Source: Spirochaetia bacterium (GTDB taxonomy: Bacteria; Spirochaetota; Spirochaetia; CAKZLE01). Taken from it: DNA of 64,000 nucleotides. The stretch's first letter is position 1. Each line of letters begins with the position of its first letter. Shown here piece by piece: positions 47,291 through 56,598 of the stretch. The stretch is taken from positions 544,001-608,000 of the forward strand of contig OY782041.1 of assembly GCA_963677595.1 (NCBI GenBank). Reading direction: 5' to 3'. The notes below the pieces were generated by a model that saw only the letters and a program-made list of their open reading frames with translations, was not told the DNA's origin and did not search any database. The position numbers and the translations under genes are program-made.

Positions 47291-47418
47291 TTATACCGAA
47301 CTTGAAGAATTAATCAACTATTTATGGTCAATTCATCAGAATATAGTAAGCCACCCGGGCATCCTGGTTGAGCTATGCCGGAATATCCCATCCTACAGAG
47401 TATCAGCATTTTCAGACG
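47291..47418. repeat. 128-bp direct repeat, right copy
   Basis: Matches 45005-45132. Confidence 0.95.
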
Positions 47419-47881
47419 GGACTGAAGTTCGAGGCATCTCATTATCAAGTATCCTGTATAGGTACTCTTTCAGAAGCATCTTGACCGTCGTTCCTCTCTG
47501 TATTGCTTCTTGTTTGATCCTGTCCTGCAATTCGTAAGGAACCGTGAATGAGTATTCATCCATTGGAGAGATGAACAGGGATCCATTGACTGCTGTACTC
47601 ATCTTCCTCAGGATGTCGTAACTCGGCTTGCCTTTCATCCTGAGTACCCGTGAGATCGCGCTTTGCTTTGTCCCCATGGTTCTTGCGATATCATCTTGGG
47701 TCAAGTTCTGGATATCTTTCAGGAATTCAAAATCGAGTATGAACTGTGATAGAGCACCCCATGTCTCTTCGAATTCAAGAAACTTTTTATCCCCTTCAAC
47801 CAATTCATCAACATATGAATCGATATCATCTATGGGCTTCAATTCCAATGAATCAAGTTCTGGATTCTCTTCTCTTCTCAT
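47393..47881 (-). CDS. XRE HTH antitoxin (HigA-like)
   Basis: LTQDDIARTMGTKQSAISRV. Confidence 0.8.
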   Translation of the reverse strand: MRREENPELDSLELKPIDDIDSYVDELVEGDKKFLEFEETWGALSQFILDFEFLKDIQNLTQDDIARTMGTKQSAISRVLRMKGKPSYDILRKMSTAVNGSLFISPMDEYSFTVPYELQDRIKQEAIQRGTTVKMLLKEYLYRILDNEMPRTSVPSENADTL

Positions 47882-48263
47882 ATTCCCTTACAGCCTCCCT
47901 CTTGATTCTTGCAGCTCGTTCGAATTCAGGCGGGATCTTATCATTCCGCTTAAATTCCGCATGTAGGATCAGTATGGCATTCCTCCTGGTTGGATGCGTA
48001 ATAAAATAGATTCTTGTTACTCCATCAGAACAATGGTCTGACGGGATCCTGATCTCTGAGATACCGCCTCCTAATGACTTAAGCTTTTTAGTCATATAGT
48101 GAACTCCCAGACTGTCCAGATCAGTTTGCTGCAGAACTTTCAAGAAAGCTTTCAACTGAAGCATGATAGATTCCCGTCTTCTGCGTCGCAACGTGTCAAA
48201 CAGTCTTTTCAACACACTTGTACCGACACAGTTCAGTTCTGTCGGGTATTGGAATATTTCCAT
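47853..48263 (-). CDS. RelE/HigB-like toxin
   Basis: KKL...GISEIR...RIYF...ILHAEFK; toxin-first order; upstream IR AAATATAACA-TATT-TGTTATATTT (48275-48298). Confidence 0.75.
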   Translation of the reverse strand: MEIFQYPTELNCVGTSVLKRLFDTLRRRRRESIMLQLKAFLKVLQQTDLDSLGVHYMTKKLKSLGGGISEIRIPSDHCSDGVTRIYFITHPTRRNAILILHAEFKRNDKIPPEFERAARIKREAVREYEKRRESRT

Positions 48264-48570
48264 CCAGACTCCTAAAATATAACATATTTGTTATATTTGT
48301 CAATGTAAAATCGATCCACTGCATGTGTACTGAAGCGATACATACAGGCAGGACATGTATCAATACTACGATAGACTGACAAACTAACCTATACCCTTCT
48401 TATTGTACCTGAACCGGTAAATTACCATCTTCTCAGCAGGTCATCTTTCTAGCCCTCGTTCAATCCTTTAGCAGCAGGTAGTACCGGCAGGCCAACCTTT
48501 ATCATGTTGAGGCAGGAAGTCATTACCGTGGTGTGTATCAATAGTGAAAAGAGGGTAAAGTATTCTTATG

Positions 48571-48642
48571 ATCAAATGATGGGAGTCGGACCCTCGTCAC
48601 GAGCTTGGGAAGCTCGGGTACCAACCGTTATACAGGAGCCGC
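48571..48642 (-). pseudogene. Degenerate tRNA-Gly(CCC) copy
   Basis: Anticodon arm identical to the 44913-44984 gene; D-arm and T-loop mutated, 3' acceptor strand lost. Confidence 0.8.
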
Positions 48643-48687
48643 AATACAGGAACTTAGATCTTTTCACTGAACATGCAGCATGCAGGG

Positions 48688-50886
48688 TCAATTCATCAGA
48701 ATATAGTAAGCCACCCGGGCATCCTGGTTGATCCCGACCCCGATGATCACGTCCCCGAGGAAGGAGCTTATGCCTATACCCGCACCACTCCCGAACTTCA
48801 GGTCTATCCCATCGGTGCTTGCCGGGAACTCATCCCAGCCGTTCCCGAGGCGGAACTGGGTGATACCGTAGATATCGGCTCCAATGACCTCCGAGATGGT
48901 CTTGAACCGGTGCTGGTAGGCAACCCCGATCATGAGCGAATCATTATAGACATTCCGGCTGGTGAGGTATCCTGGGATACCGTCCCAGCCACCGATATCG
49001 AACCCCATCTGCCTGTTTGTGAACCGACCCCTGTAGGAGCCGAAATGAAGGTCATAAGACAGGGTCCCGAACTCGGTTATCGGTATATGGTGATCATGTT
49101 CCAGGAAGATCCGGTGGTACCAGCTGTCCGAGGGTATCATGGAGAACTCGATGAAAGAGGAATGGATGATCCCGCTGTGGATGAACGGATGGTGTTCCGT
49201 ATCCTTCCAGATGAAGGAGGGGCCGAAGACCAGGTCAATGTCCGTCTGCACATCCACGGCCTCAGGATCCTCCCCGTAGAGCCAGGAGATATATTCAGAG
49301 AAGTGCGCACCTATCTCAGTGAACCTGCCGAACAGCAGCCCCGCTTCCTGCCTGGCAGAGAGCAGGATGGACCTCTTTATCGTCTCATCAGCAGCCGTCA
49401 ATTCCTCGTTATAGAGGTTCACCGTCGGGTGGATATACCCGAAGGAACCTATCGGGGTGAAGAGTTCAAGGTCCAGCTTGAACTGCTCCCCGAGCTTCAT
49501 GTCCATCATCGCGTAGGCATGGGTACCAAAGAGCTCGGTGAACACCAGGGAGGCCGTAAGGGCCGGGTCAAGGTACCAGGGAACTGCTAGGTTCGCCGAA
49601 TACTCGGCATCAAAGGCGAAACCGAGCCCGATCGAATTCCTCCCGCGGTCTGAGAGGACCGGTGAGATCTCCAGGTCGAACCCATCGTCCGCAGGGACCA
49701 GGGCATATCGGATGGAATCGTACCGGCCGGTCGCTACGAGCCTGTTGATCGACCTGTCAAGCTCCTCGAGTGTCGCATGGTCCAGGGTCGTCTCCCTGAT
49801 CCCCTCGAAGAGATCCAGCGGGAACAGTTCATCATCGGTCGCCAGGGAGACTGCAAGGAATTCCGGGTTCGGGAGGCTCGCATAGACCCCTTCCCGGTCA
49901 GGGGCAGGGATGGGGATATCACGGGTCTTGGAGACCTGGTCCCGCAATGAGAGGAGCTTTGCTTCCAGTTCCCTCGCAGCAGCCTCTCCTCGCTTGATGA
50001 ACTCTTCATACTCGGTGAACATCGCCGCATTGAGACCTGAGAGGTCCGGTTGGATCACGAGATCAGCCAGCTTCGCATGCTCCTCCTCGGTGCTGTCGAG
50101 GATGATCAGCAGCGTCTGGGTCAGGATGTCGATGCTCGAATTCAACTTCTCAGGAGACGATACCTGCTCAGAGTCGACATCGACCGCGATGATGATATCG
50201 GCTCCCATGGATCGTGCGACATCGACGGGGAGGTTGTTCCTCACTCCCCCGTCGAGGTAGTAGTTCCCGTCGATCTCATAGGGGGCGAATACGGTAGGTA
50301 TCGACATAGTCGCCCGCATCGCATCAGCGATCCTGCCGGAGTCGAAGACCTTCTCCTCTCCGGTCAGGAGGTTGACGCCGACACAGCGGAACCTTCGGGA
50401 GAACTGATCGAAATCATCGATATACGAGACCTTGGAGGTGACCCGTGAGAGCATGGAGAGGATCTTCTGGTCTGAGATGACCCCAAGGGAGGTCCCGAAC
50501 CCGTCCTTGTCGAATGAGAAGGAGAGGATATTCTGCTCCCCGTCGATGACCGGACCGAAATAGTAGTCATAGGGGCTGGAAGGTGGAAGGAAGAGATCTA
50601 CCCAGTCCGTGGAAGCGACTGTCTCCTGGATCTCTTCAGGGGTGTACCCGATCGCGTACAAGCCGCCTGCAAGTCCTCCCATGCTCGTCCCCACCACGAT
50701 ATCGACGGGGATACCAAGTTCTTCGATGACCTTGAGCACCCCGATATGGGCGAAACCGAGCGCAGCTCCCCCTGACAGGACCAGGGCGACCTGGGGATCG
50801 CGTCCTGCTGCCTCATCCATCGACTCTGCCGGCACTGCCGAACAGATGAGGAGGATGAAGAACACAGCCGCAAGCGATCGTTTCAT
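48688..50886 (-). CDS. Patatin-like phospholipase with C-terminal beta-barrel (PlpD-like)
   Basis: Signal peptide, SGGAALG, GTSMG, DGG. Confidence 0.88.
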   Translation of the reverse strand: MKRSLAAVFFILLICSAVPAESMDEAAGRDPQVALVLSGGAALGFAHIGVLKVIEELGIPVDIVVGTSMGGLAGGLYAIGYTPEEIQETVASTDWVDLFLPPSSPYDYYFGPVIDGEQNILSFSFDKDGFGTSLGVISDQKILSMLSRVTSKVSYIDDFDQFSRRFRCVGVNLLTGEEKVFDSGRIADAMRATMSIPTVFAPYEIDGNYYLDGGVRNNLPVDVARSMGADIIIAVDVDSEQVSSPEKLNSSIDILTQTLLIILDSTEEEHAKLADLVIQPDLSGLNAAMFTEYEEFIKRGEAAARELEAKLLSLRDQVSKTRDIPIPAPDREGVYASLPNPEFLAVSLATDDELFPLDLFEGIRETTLDHATLEELDRSINRLVATGRYDSIRYALVPADDGFDLEISPVLSDRGRNSIGLGFAFDAEYSANLAVPWYLDPALTASLVFTELFGTHAYAMMDMKLGEQFKLDLELFTPIGSFGYIHPTVNLYNEELTAADETIKRSILLSARQEAGLLFGRFTEIGAHFSEYISWLYGEDPEAVDVQTDIDLVFGPSFIWKDTEHHPFIHSGIIHSSFIEFSMIPSDSWYHRIFLEHDHHIPITEFGTLSYDLHFGSYRGRFTNRQMGFDIGGWDGIPGYLTSRNVYNDSLMIGVAYQHRFKTISEVIGADIYGITQFRLGNGWDEFPASTDGIDLKFGSGAGIGISSFLGDVIIGVGINQDARVAYYILMN

Positions 50887-50914
50887 GTCAGGCTATTCCT
50901 TGTAATAGAGAGGG

Positions 50915-51865
50915 CTAGACTCCCAGTTCTGCCCCGATCAGGCCGGGGTTCCCATTGATGAAGGATTTCCAATCCAGTTCCTTCTTCGACTGCAGCTGCA
51001 GTCTCCCCACCCCGAGCAGGCCGCTGCCTGCCGCGATGATGACTCCGTGCCCCGCAACGGCACCGAGGACCGTTCCCGGCCTTGTCGAACCGTCGACCGT
51101 GATACCGGGGATCTCATCGGTAAACTCATGGACATCACTGAGCATGAGGGTATTCCCCTGGTAGCTGGTGAAGGCCTTCGGCCAGGGGTAGTATGCACGG
51201 ACCATGCAGGAGATACTCCCTGCAGATTGCCCCCAGTCGATCAGGGCATCCGACTTCTGGATGAACGAACAGTAGGTGGCCCCATCCGGGTTCTGGGCTT
51301 GCGGTACGGCAGTACCGTCAACCAGGGAGCGTACCGCCCTGCAGAGCACGTCAGGGCTCTGCAGCGATACATACGCGCTCAGGGACTCGGTCGTCTCGGT
51401 CCCCTCGAGGGGGAACCTCAGGACCTCGAGGATATCACCCTCGTCCATCCCGGGAGAGATGCGCTGCACTGTGATCCCCGTCTCCTCGTCACCTGCCCGG
51501 ATAGCGGCAGGGATCGGGGTCGCACCCCGATACTTGGGCAACAGTGAAGGATGTACGTTGAGTCCACCTTCAGGGAAGACCGCGAGGAACTTCGGGCCGA
51601 AGATCCTCCCGAATGCGAAGGAGACCAGCAGGTCAGGTTCCAGGCTGCGTACCGCCTCACGGGCTTCCGCATAGAGGTGGTCGAACTGGAGCACGGGGAT
51701 CCCGAGTTCCACTGCCTTGGTTTTCACCTCGGTAGGGAGCAGCTTCTTGCCCCTGCCCTTCTTCCTGTCCGGGTTTGTCAGGACACCTACGACCTCGAAC
51801 TCATTCGCAAGGGCTTCGAGACAGGGAACAGCGATGGCTGGACTGCCGGCGAACACGATCCTCAT
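50915..51865 (-). CDS. fmt: Methionyl-tRNA formyltransferase
   Basis: NVHPSLLPKYRGA; adjacent to def. Confidence 0.96.
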   Translation of the reverse strand: MRIVFAGSPAIAVPCLEALANEFEVVGVLTNPDRKKGRGKKLLPTEVKTKAVELGIPVLQFDHLYAEAREAVRSLEPDLLVSFAFGRIFGPKFLAVFPEGGLNVHPSLLPKYRGATPIPAAIRAGDEETGITVQRISPGMDEGDILEVLRFPLEGTETTESLSAYVSLQSPDVLCRAVRSLVDGTAVPQAQNPDGATYCSFIQKSDALIDWGQSAGSISCMVRAYYPWPKAFTSYQGNTLMLSDVHEFTDEIPGITVDGSTRPGTVLGAVAGHGVIIAAGSGLLGVGRLQLQSKKELDWKSFINGNPGLIGAELGV

Positions 51866-51867
51866 CT

Positions 51868-52371
51868 TCAGACTCTTCGCTTTCTCGGTCTATGCTTCTT
51901 CTCATATGCCTTGAGGAGCCGCTCGCGGCGGTCCTCAGGTATCCTGTCGACGAAGAGGACCCCGTTGAGGTGGTCATACTCATGCTGGATGACCCTGGCT
52001 AGCATGCCTGAAGCCTTCAGGACAAAGGCTTTCCCTTGGAGGTCCTGGGCCTGGATGGTGATCCCTGAAGGCCTGACGACTTCGGAGTAGACACCGGGAA
52101 CACTCAGGCACCCCTCCTCATAGGCGACTACCTCCTGGGAAGTCTCGACGATCTCAGGGTTGATGAAGACTCGCGGCTCATCATCCTTGGGATGCGTCAC
52201 GAAGATCCTCTTCCCCACAGCGATCTGCGGTGCAGCAAGCCCGATACCGTCATCATCATCCATCGACTCGAACATGGCATCGACGAGGAGCTTCAGCTCA
52301 GAGCCGAAAGAGGTCACAGGTTTTGCCTTCTCACGTAAAATATCTTCACCAATCGTTACTATTTCCAACAT
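51868..52371 (-). CDS. def: Peptide deformylase
   Basis: GIGLAAPQ, EGCLS, HEYDH. Confidence 0.97.
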   Translation of the reverse strand: MLEIVTIGEDILREKAKPVTSFGSELKLLVDAMFESMDDDDGIGLAAPQIAVGKRIFVTHPKDDEPRVFINPEIVETSQEVVAYEEGCLSVPGVYSEVVRPSGITIQAQDLQGKAFVLKASGMLARVIQHEYDHLNGVLFVDRIPEDRRERLLKAYEKKHRPRKRRV

Positions 52372-52412
52372 GCCTGTATGATACCGATTCCATCTGCGAT
52401 GGTCAATGAATA

Positions 52413-54368
52413 TCAGAGTAAGTTCACCGGGTCGAAGTCTATCTCAAGGTAGACCTTGCCGTCAGCCTTATACACGGAATCAAGATAGCCGACGACCCGG
52501 TGCAGGGACTTGAACTCACGGCTCTTCACGAGGATCTGGAACCGGTAGTTGTTCGATATCTTCGCGATCGGGGCCTCGGCCGGGCCGAGGATCTCGACTT
52601 CTGACATCTTGAGCTCCTCGATCATCCCCGAGAGCACCTCCGCCGCCGCCTCAGCCGCCCTGTTGGCATGTGAAGCACTCCTGGACCTGAAGACCAGCCG
52701 GCAGAACCTGGTGAAGGGAGGGAAATCGAGCTCATTGCGCATCTGCAGCTCCTGCTCGAAGAACTCTTCCAGCTTCCCTGCCGCGGCTGCCTGGATCGCG
52801 GGGTTCTCCGGATGGTAGGTCTGGATGATGACCCGTCCGCTGTCGCTGAACCTGCCGGAACGACCCGCTACCTGGAGCAGCAGGGAGAAGGTCCTCTCAT
52901 ACGCCCGGAAGTCAGGCAGGTGCAGTCCGCTGTCAGCGAGGACGATCCCGACCAGGTCCACGTCAGGGAAGTTCAACCCCTTAGCTACCATCTGGGTCCC
53001 AAGCAGAATATCGAGCTTGTGAGAGGAGAACTCATCGAGGACACCTTTAAGCTGGTGCCGGTCCTTCGTCACATCTGCATCCAGCCTCCCGACACGGGCG
53101 GCTGGGAAGGTCCGCCTGACGGTCTCCTCCACCAGTTCCGTCCCAAACCCGGAATACCCCACATCGACCGACCCGCACTCAGGGCAGGAGGTGATCGGGC
53201 GCTCCGAGTACCCGCAGTAATGGCATACCATCCGGTGCTTGTGCCGGTGGTAGGTCAGCGGGACCGAGCAGTGCCGGCAGTGCATCTCGTAGCCGCAGCT
53301 CCGGCAGTGGAAGAAGTAGGAGAACCCCCGCCTGTTGAGGAAGAGGATCACCTGCTTGTCCCTGGAGAGGACCTCGCGAATCGCTGTGACCAGCTCCCGG
53401 GAGAGGATATCGGGCTTGCTGTGGATATCGATGACCTCGATCTCCGGCATCGAACCGCCCGATACCCGTTGGGGGAGGTCCAGCCGGCGGATGCGGCCGG
53501 TCTTCATCAACCTCCATGCCTCGAGCGACGGTGTCGCACTGCCCATGACCACCACGGCCCCATGGTCTGCAGCACGCTTCATGGCGATCTGCCGGGCATG
53601 GTAGCGGGGTGTCGAACCGGACTTGTAGCTGTTCTCATGCTCCTCATCGATGATGATCATCCCGAGCTCCCTGCACGGTGCGAACACGGCACTCCGTGCA
53701 CCGATCACCAGGTGGACCTCATCACGGAGGATCCGTCTCCACTCCTTCAGTCGCTGCGAAGGGGTCAGCGCAGAATGGAGGATCGCCACGTCATCCGGAA
53801 ACCGCTCCTTCACCATGGCTGCCAGCTGATGGGTCAGTGAGATCTCGGGCACCAGGTAGATGACGCTCTTCCCCCGCCCTATGAACTCCTCTGCTGCCTG
53901 GAGGAAGACCTCGGTCTTCCCGGAGCCTGTCACCCCGTAGAGGTAGTAGAGGTCATCTTCATGCGCGAGTATCGATGCGAGGGCTTCCTTCTGGTGTGAG
54001 GAGAGGCTGATCCCCTCCTGTCTTGGGGTCTCCTCGATCCCGAGGGACGGGACCTCGACCTCACGTCTGCCGCCCGGGATCATCAGGGAGAGAGCCTCTC
54101 CCTGAGAACAGAGGTAGAGGGAAGAGACCCAGGAAGCGAGTTCTATCTCGGCCTTCCCGAAGAGGGGCTCCTTATCGATGACGCGTTTGATGGGCTTGAT
54201 CGGGTAGGAGGATTCATGTTCCTCGGCTGTGCTGATGACATAGCCGGTCAGGTTCCTGTTCCTGAACGGGGCGGTGACCCTGAAACCTGCCTCACAGGGA
54301 ACATCATCTGCAGCCTCATAGGTGAAGGAGCTGCGGAGAGGCAGGTTGAACAGGACGTCTATGTACAT
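52413..54368 (-). CDS. priA: Primosomal protein N'
   Basis: GVTGSGKT, DEEH, Cys cluster, QVAGRSGR. Confidence 0.96.
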   Translation of the reverse strand: MYIDVLFNLPLRSSFTYEAADDVPCEAGFRVTAPFRNRNLTGYVISTAEEHESSYPIKPIKRVIDKEPLFGKAEIELASWVSSLYLCSQGEALSLMIPGGRREVEVPSLGIEETPRQEGISLSSHQKEALASILAHEDDLYYLYGVTGSGKTEVFLQAAEEFIGRGKSVIYLVPEISLTHQLAAMVKERFPDDVAILHSALTPSQRLKEWRRILRDEVHLVIGARSAVFAPCRELGMIIIDEEHENSYKSGSTPRYHARQIAMKRAADHGAVVVMGSATPSLEAWRLMKTGRIRRLDLPQRVSGGSMPEIEVIDIHSKPDILSRELVTAIREVLSRDKQVILFLNRRGFSYFFHCRSCGYEMHCRHCSVPLTYHRHKHRMVCHYCGYSERPITSCPECGSVDVGYSGFGTELVEETVRRTFPAARVGRLDADVTKDRHQLKGVLDEFSSHKLDILLGTQMVAKGLNFPDVDLVGIVLADSGLHLPDFRAYERTFSLLLQVAGRSGRFSDSGRVIIQTYHPENPAIQAAAAGKLEEFFEQELQMRNELDFPPFTRFCRLVFRSRSASHANRAAEAAAEVLSGMIEELKMSEVEILGPAEAPIAKISNNYRFQILVKSREFKSLHRVVGYLDSVYKADGKVYLEIDFDPVNLL

Positions 54369-54370
54369 GG

Positions 54371-55075
54371 CTACTCACCGGAAGCCGGGTCGAAGACCGA
54401 ACGCAGGAGCTTCAGGTCCTCCCAGACCGGACGGCGGTACTTGTCAGGGTACCTGAGGACGGCACTCGGGTGGTAGGTAGCTACCAGCGGTATGCCGCGG
54501 TAGGAGTAGACCGTGCCCCGCAGCTTGCCGAGGCCGTCTGTCGTGTCGAGGAGGATCTGTGTTGAGATCCTCCCGACGCAGAGGATGGTCTCAGGCTTGA
54601 TGAGCTCGAGCTGCCTGTTCAGGTAGGGGATACAAGCAGCCTGTTCCTCCGGAAAGGGATCTCGATTGTCAGGAGGCCTGCACTTGATGATATTGCCGAT
54701 GAAGAGGTCGTGCTGCCGGTCGAGATCGATCGCGTTCATCCAGCGGTCAAGGTAGTTCCCCGACTTCCCGACGAACGGGAGGCCGCTCTCATCCTCCTGT
54801 GCCCCGGGTGCCTCCCCGATGACCATGACCTTGGGATTCATCACACCGGTCCCTGGCACGGGATGCTTCCTCCCGGAACAGAGCCCGCACAAGGTACAAT
54901 CCATGATCCGTTCGGCGATCTGGTCAAGGTCCAGGGAATCGAGGGTCTCCTCTTCCGGTGCAGCTGTCTCGATGACCAGGTCCCCAGTCTCCAGCACCTC
55001 TTTCCGTCTGTCCTTCCCCTGGAGGAGCTGGTGCGTTCCCTCCAGGATATCCCAGTACTGTTCGATCCTATTCAT
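54371..55075 (-). CDS. Uracil-DNA glycosylase family 4
   Basis: GEAPG, KCRPP, TYHPS. Confidence 0.93.
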   Translation of the reverse strand: MNRIEQYWDILEGTHQLLQGKDRRKEVLETGDLVIETAAPEEETLDSLDLDQIAERIMDCTLCGLCSGRKHPVPGTGVMNPKVMVIGEAPGAQEDESGLPFVGKSGNYLDRWMNAIDLDRQHDLFIGNIIKCRPPDNRDPFPEEQAACIPYLNRQLELIKPETILCVGRISTQILLDTTDGLGKLRGTVYSYRGIPLVATYHPSAVLRYPDKYRRPVWEDLKLLRSVFDPASGE

Positions 55076-55820
55076 ATTCCACTCTCTCCAGTCTCAAACC
55101 CATCGCGGGGGCAGTCGTCCCAGCCCTTCCCCGGTCAGCTGACGCAAGGATATCACGCATATACTCAGGGGGGAAGCCCTCCCGTGCTGCATCCAGCATC
55201 GTCCCGACGAGGGAGCGAACCATCCTCCAGAGGAAGGCATTCCCACAGATCGTGAACTCCAGGGCTGCCCCGTTCATGTTCCATGATGCCTGGTAGATCT
55301 CCCGGACCCGGGACTCGCTCGCATCCTTTGCCGTCGTGAAGGTCGTGAAATCATGGACCCCGACCAGGTATGCAGCATAGCCGTTCAGCTGTGCCAGGCC
55401 AGGCAGCTGAGGCAGGCTGAGGCAGAAACGCTGGTCCATCGGCGTCATGCTCGCATAACTCCTGACCACGTATCGGTAGGCTCTCCTGAGCGCACTGTAC
55501 CGTGCATGGAAGTCAGGGGAGACCTCCTCAGAGCGGTAGATCCTCACATCCCCCGGCAGCCTACTGTTCAGGGCAGGCACGAACTTGTCGGCAGGGATCG
55601 ATGCGATATCGGTATCGAAGTGGGCCGTCTGGCCTGTGGCATGGACCCCGGTATCAGTCCTCCCCGAGCCATGGAGCCGTACCGGGTGGCCATGGACTGC
55701 GGCCAGGGCCTTCTCGATCTCGCCCTGTACTGAGCGGTCGACCGGCTGGACCTGCCAACCGCAGAAATCAGTACCGTCATACCCGATGAGGAGTCGGATC
55801 CTTCTCTGGTGTTCTCCCAT
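55068..55820 (-). CDS. truA: tRNA pseudouridine(38-40) synthase
   Basis: GRTDTGVHA, FLWRMVR. Confidence 0.95.
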   Translation of the reverse strand: MGEHQRRIRLLIGYDGTDFCGWQVQPVDRSVQGEIEKALAAVHGHPVRLHGSGRTDTGVHATGQTAHFDTDIASIPADKFVPALNSRLPGDVRIYRSEEVSPDFHARYSALRRAYRYVVRSYASMTPMDQRFCLSLPQLPGLAQLNGYAAYLVGVHDFTTFTTAKDASESRVREIYQASWNMNGAALEFTICGNAFLWRMVRSLVGTMLDAAREGFPPEYMRDILASADRGRAGTTAPAMGLRLERVEYE

Positions 55821-55822
55821 GA

Positions 55823-56194
55823 TCAGCTCTCGAACAGGACGACTGCAGCCGCAGTCTTCGATTCATGGGAGAGCGACACATGGATGCTGCCCACGCCAAG
55901 CTGCTTCACCGCCTCAGCGGCTGTCCCATGGAGCCTGAGAAAAGGCCTTCCAAACTCATCGTGGTCAAGCTGGATGTCGGGAAGCGACAACCCCCGGAGC
56001 CCCTTTCCCGTCGCCTTCCCGAACGCCTCCTTCACGGCGAACCGGGAGGCCAGGAGGACCGCACGGGACTCCCGGCTCTCCATGATCTCCGCATACTCCT
56101 GCGGGTGGAGGAACCGCCTCATGAACGGGCTCTCTTCGGTCAGCTTCTCCATCCTCGACACGTCCACGATATCGAGTCCCATACCGATGATCAT
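55823..56194 (-). CDS. acpS: Holo-ACP synthase
   Basis: GLDIV, RFAVKEA, SLSH. Confidence 0.93.
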   Translation of the reverse strand: MIIGMGLDIVDVSRMEKLTEESPFMRRFLHPQEYAEIMESRESRAVLLASRFAVKEAFGKATGKGLRGLSLPDIQLDHDEFGRPFLRLHGTAAEAVKQLGVGSIHVSLSHESKTAAAVVLFES

Positions 56195-56598
56195 AAGGAC
56201 GCTCCCGGTGCCAGGTGTATCCTGATCCCCGAGGGATCCGGGATCACCTGGAGTTCTCCGATGGTCTCGAATACCAGCCCCCGGGTGATCCTCACTGGGA
56301 CGGTGACCGTCCCCTCCTCGGTGATGCCGGAGATATCGATGAAGGCGGAGATGTCTTCGGGGTAGACGGAGAAGACATCAGCCTGGTCTCCGGTGATCTC
56401 CACGTCGACCGTCTCAGGGTAGGCGGTATCGATGACGAGTGAGGCATTGCCGACTACCGTCAGCGGGATCTCGAAGGAACGGTGCTCGACCGAGATGAGC
56501 TGCACGAAGAAGTAGAGCAGTACGGCTACCAACAGGGAGATGATCTTGACCGGCCAGTCGAAGACCAGCCAGTTGAGGAACTTATTCTGTCTCATCAT
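56191..56598 (-). CDS. CdaR/YbbR-like protein
   Basis: Single TM plus YbbR-like domain, downstream of cdaA. Confidence 0.8.
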   Translation of the reverse strand: MMRQNKFLNWLVFDWPVKIISLLVAVLLYFFVQLISVEHRSFEIPLTVVGNASLVIDTAYPETVDVEITGDQADVFSVYPEDISAFIDISGITEEGTVTVPVRITRGLVFETIGELQVIPDPSGIRIHLAPGASL

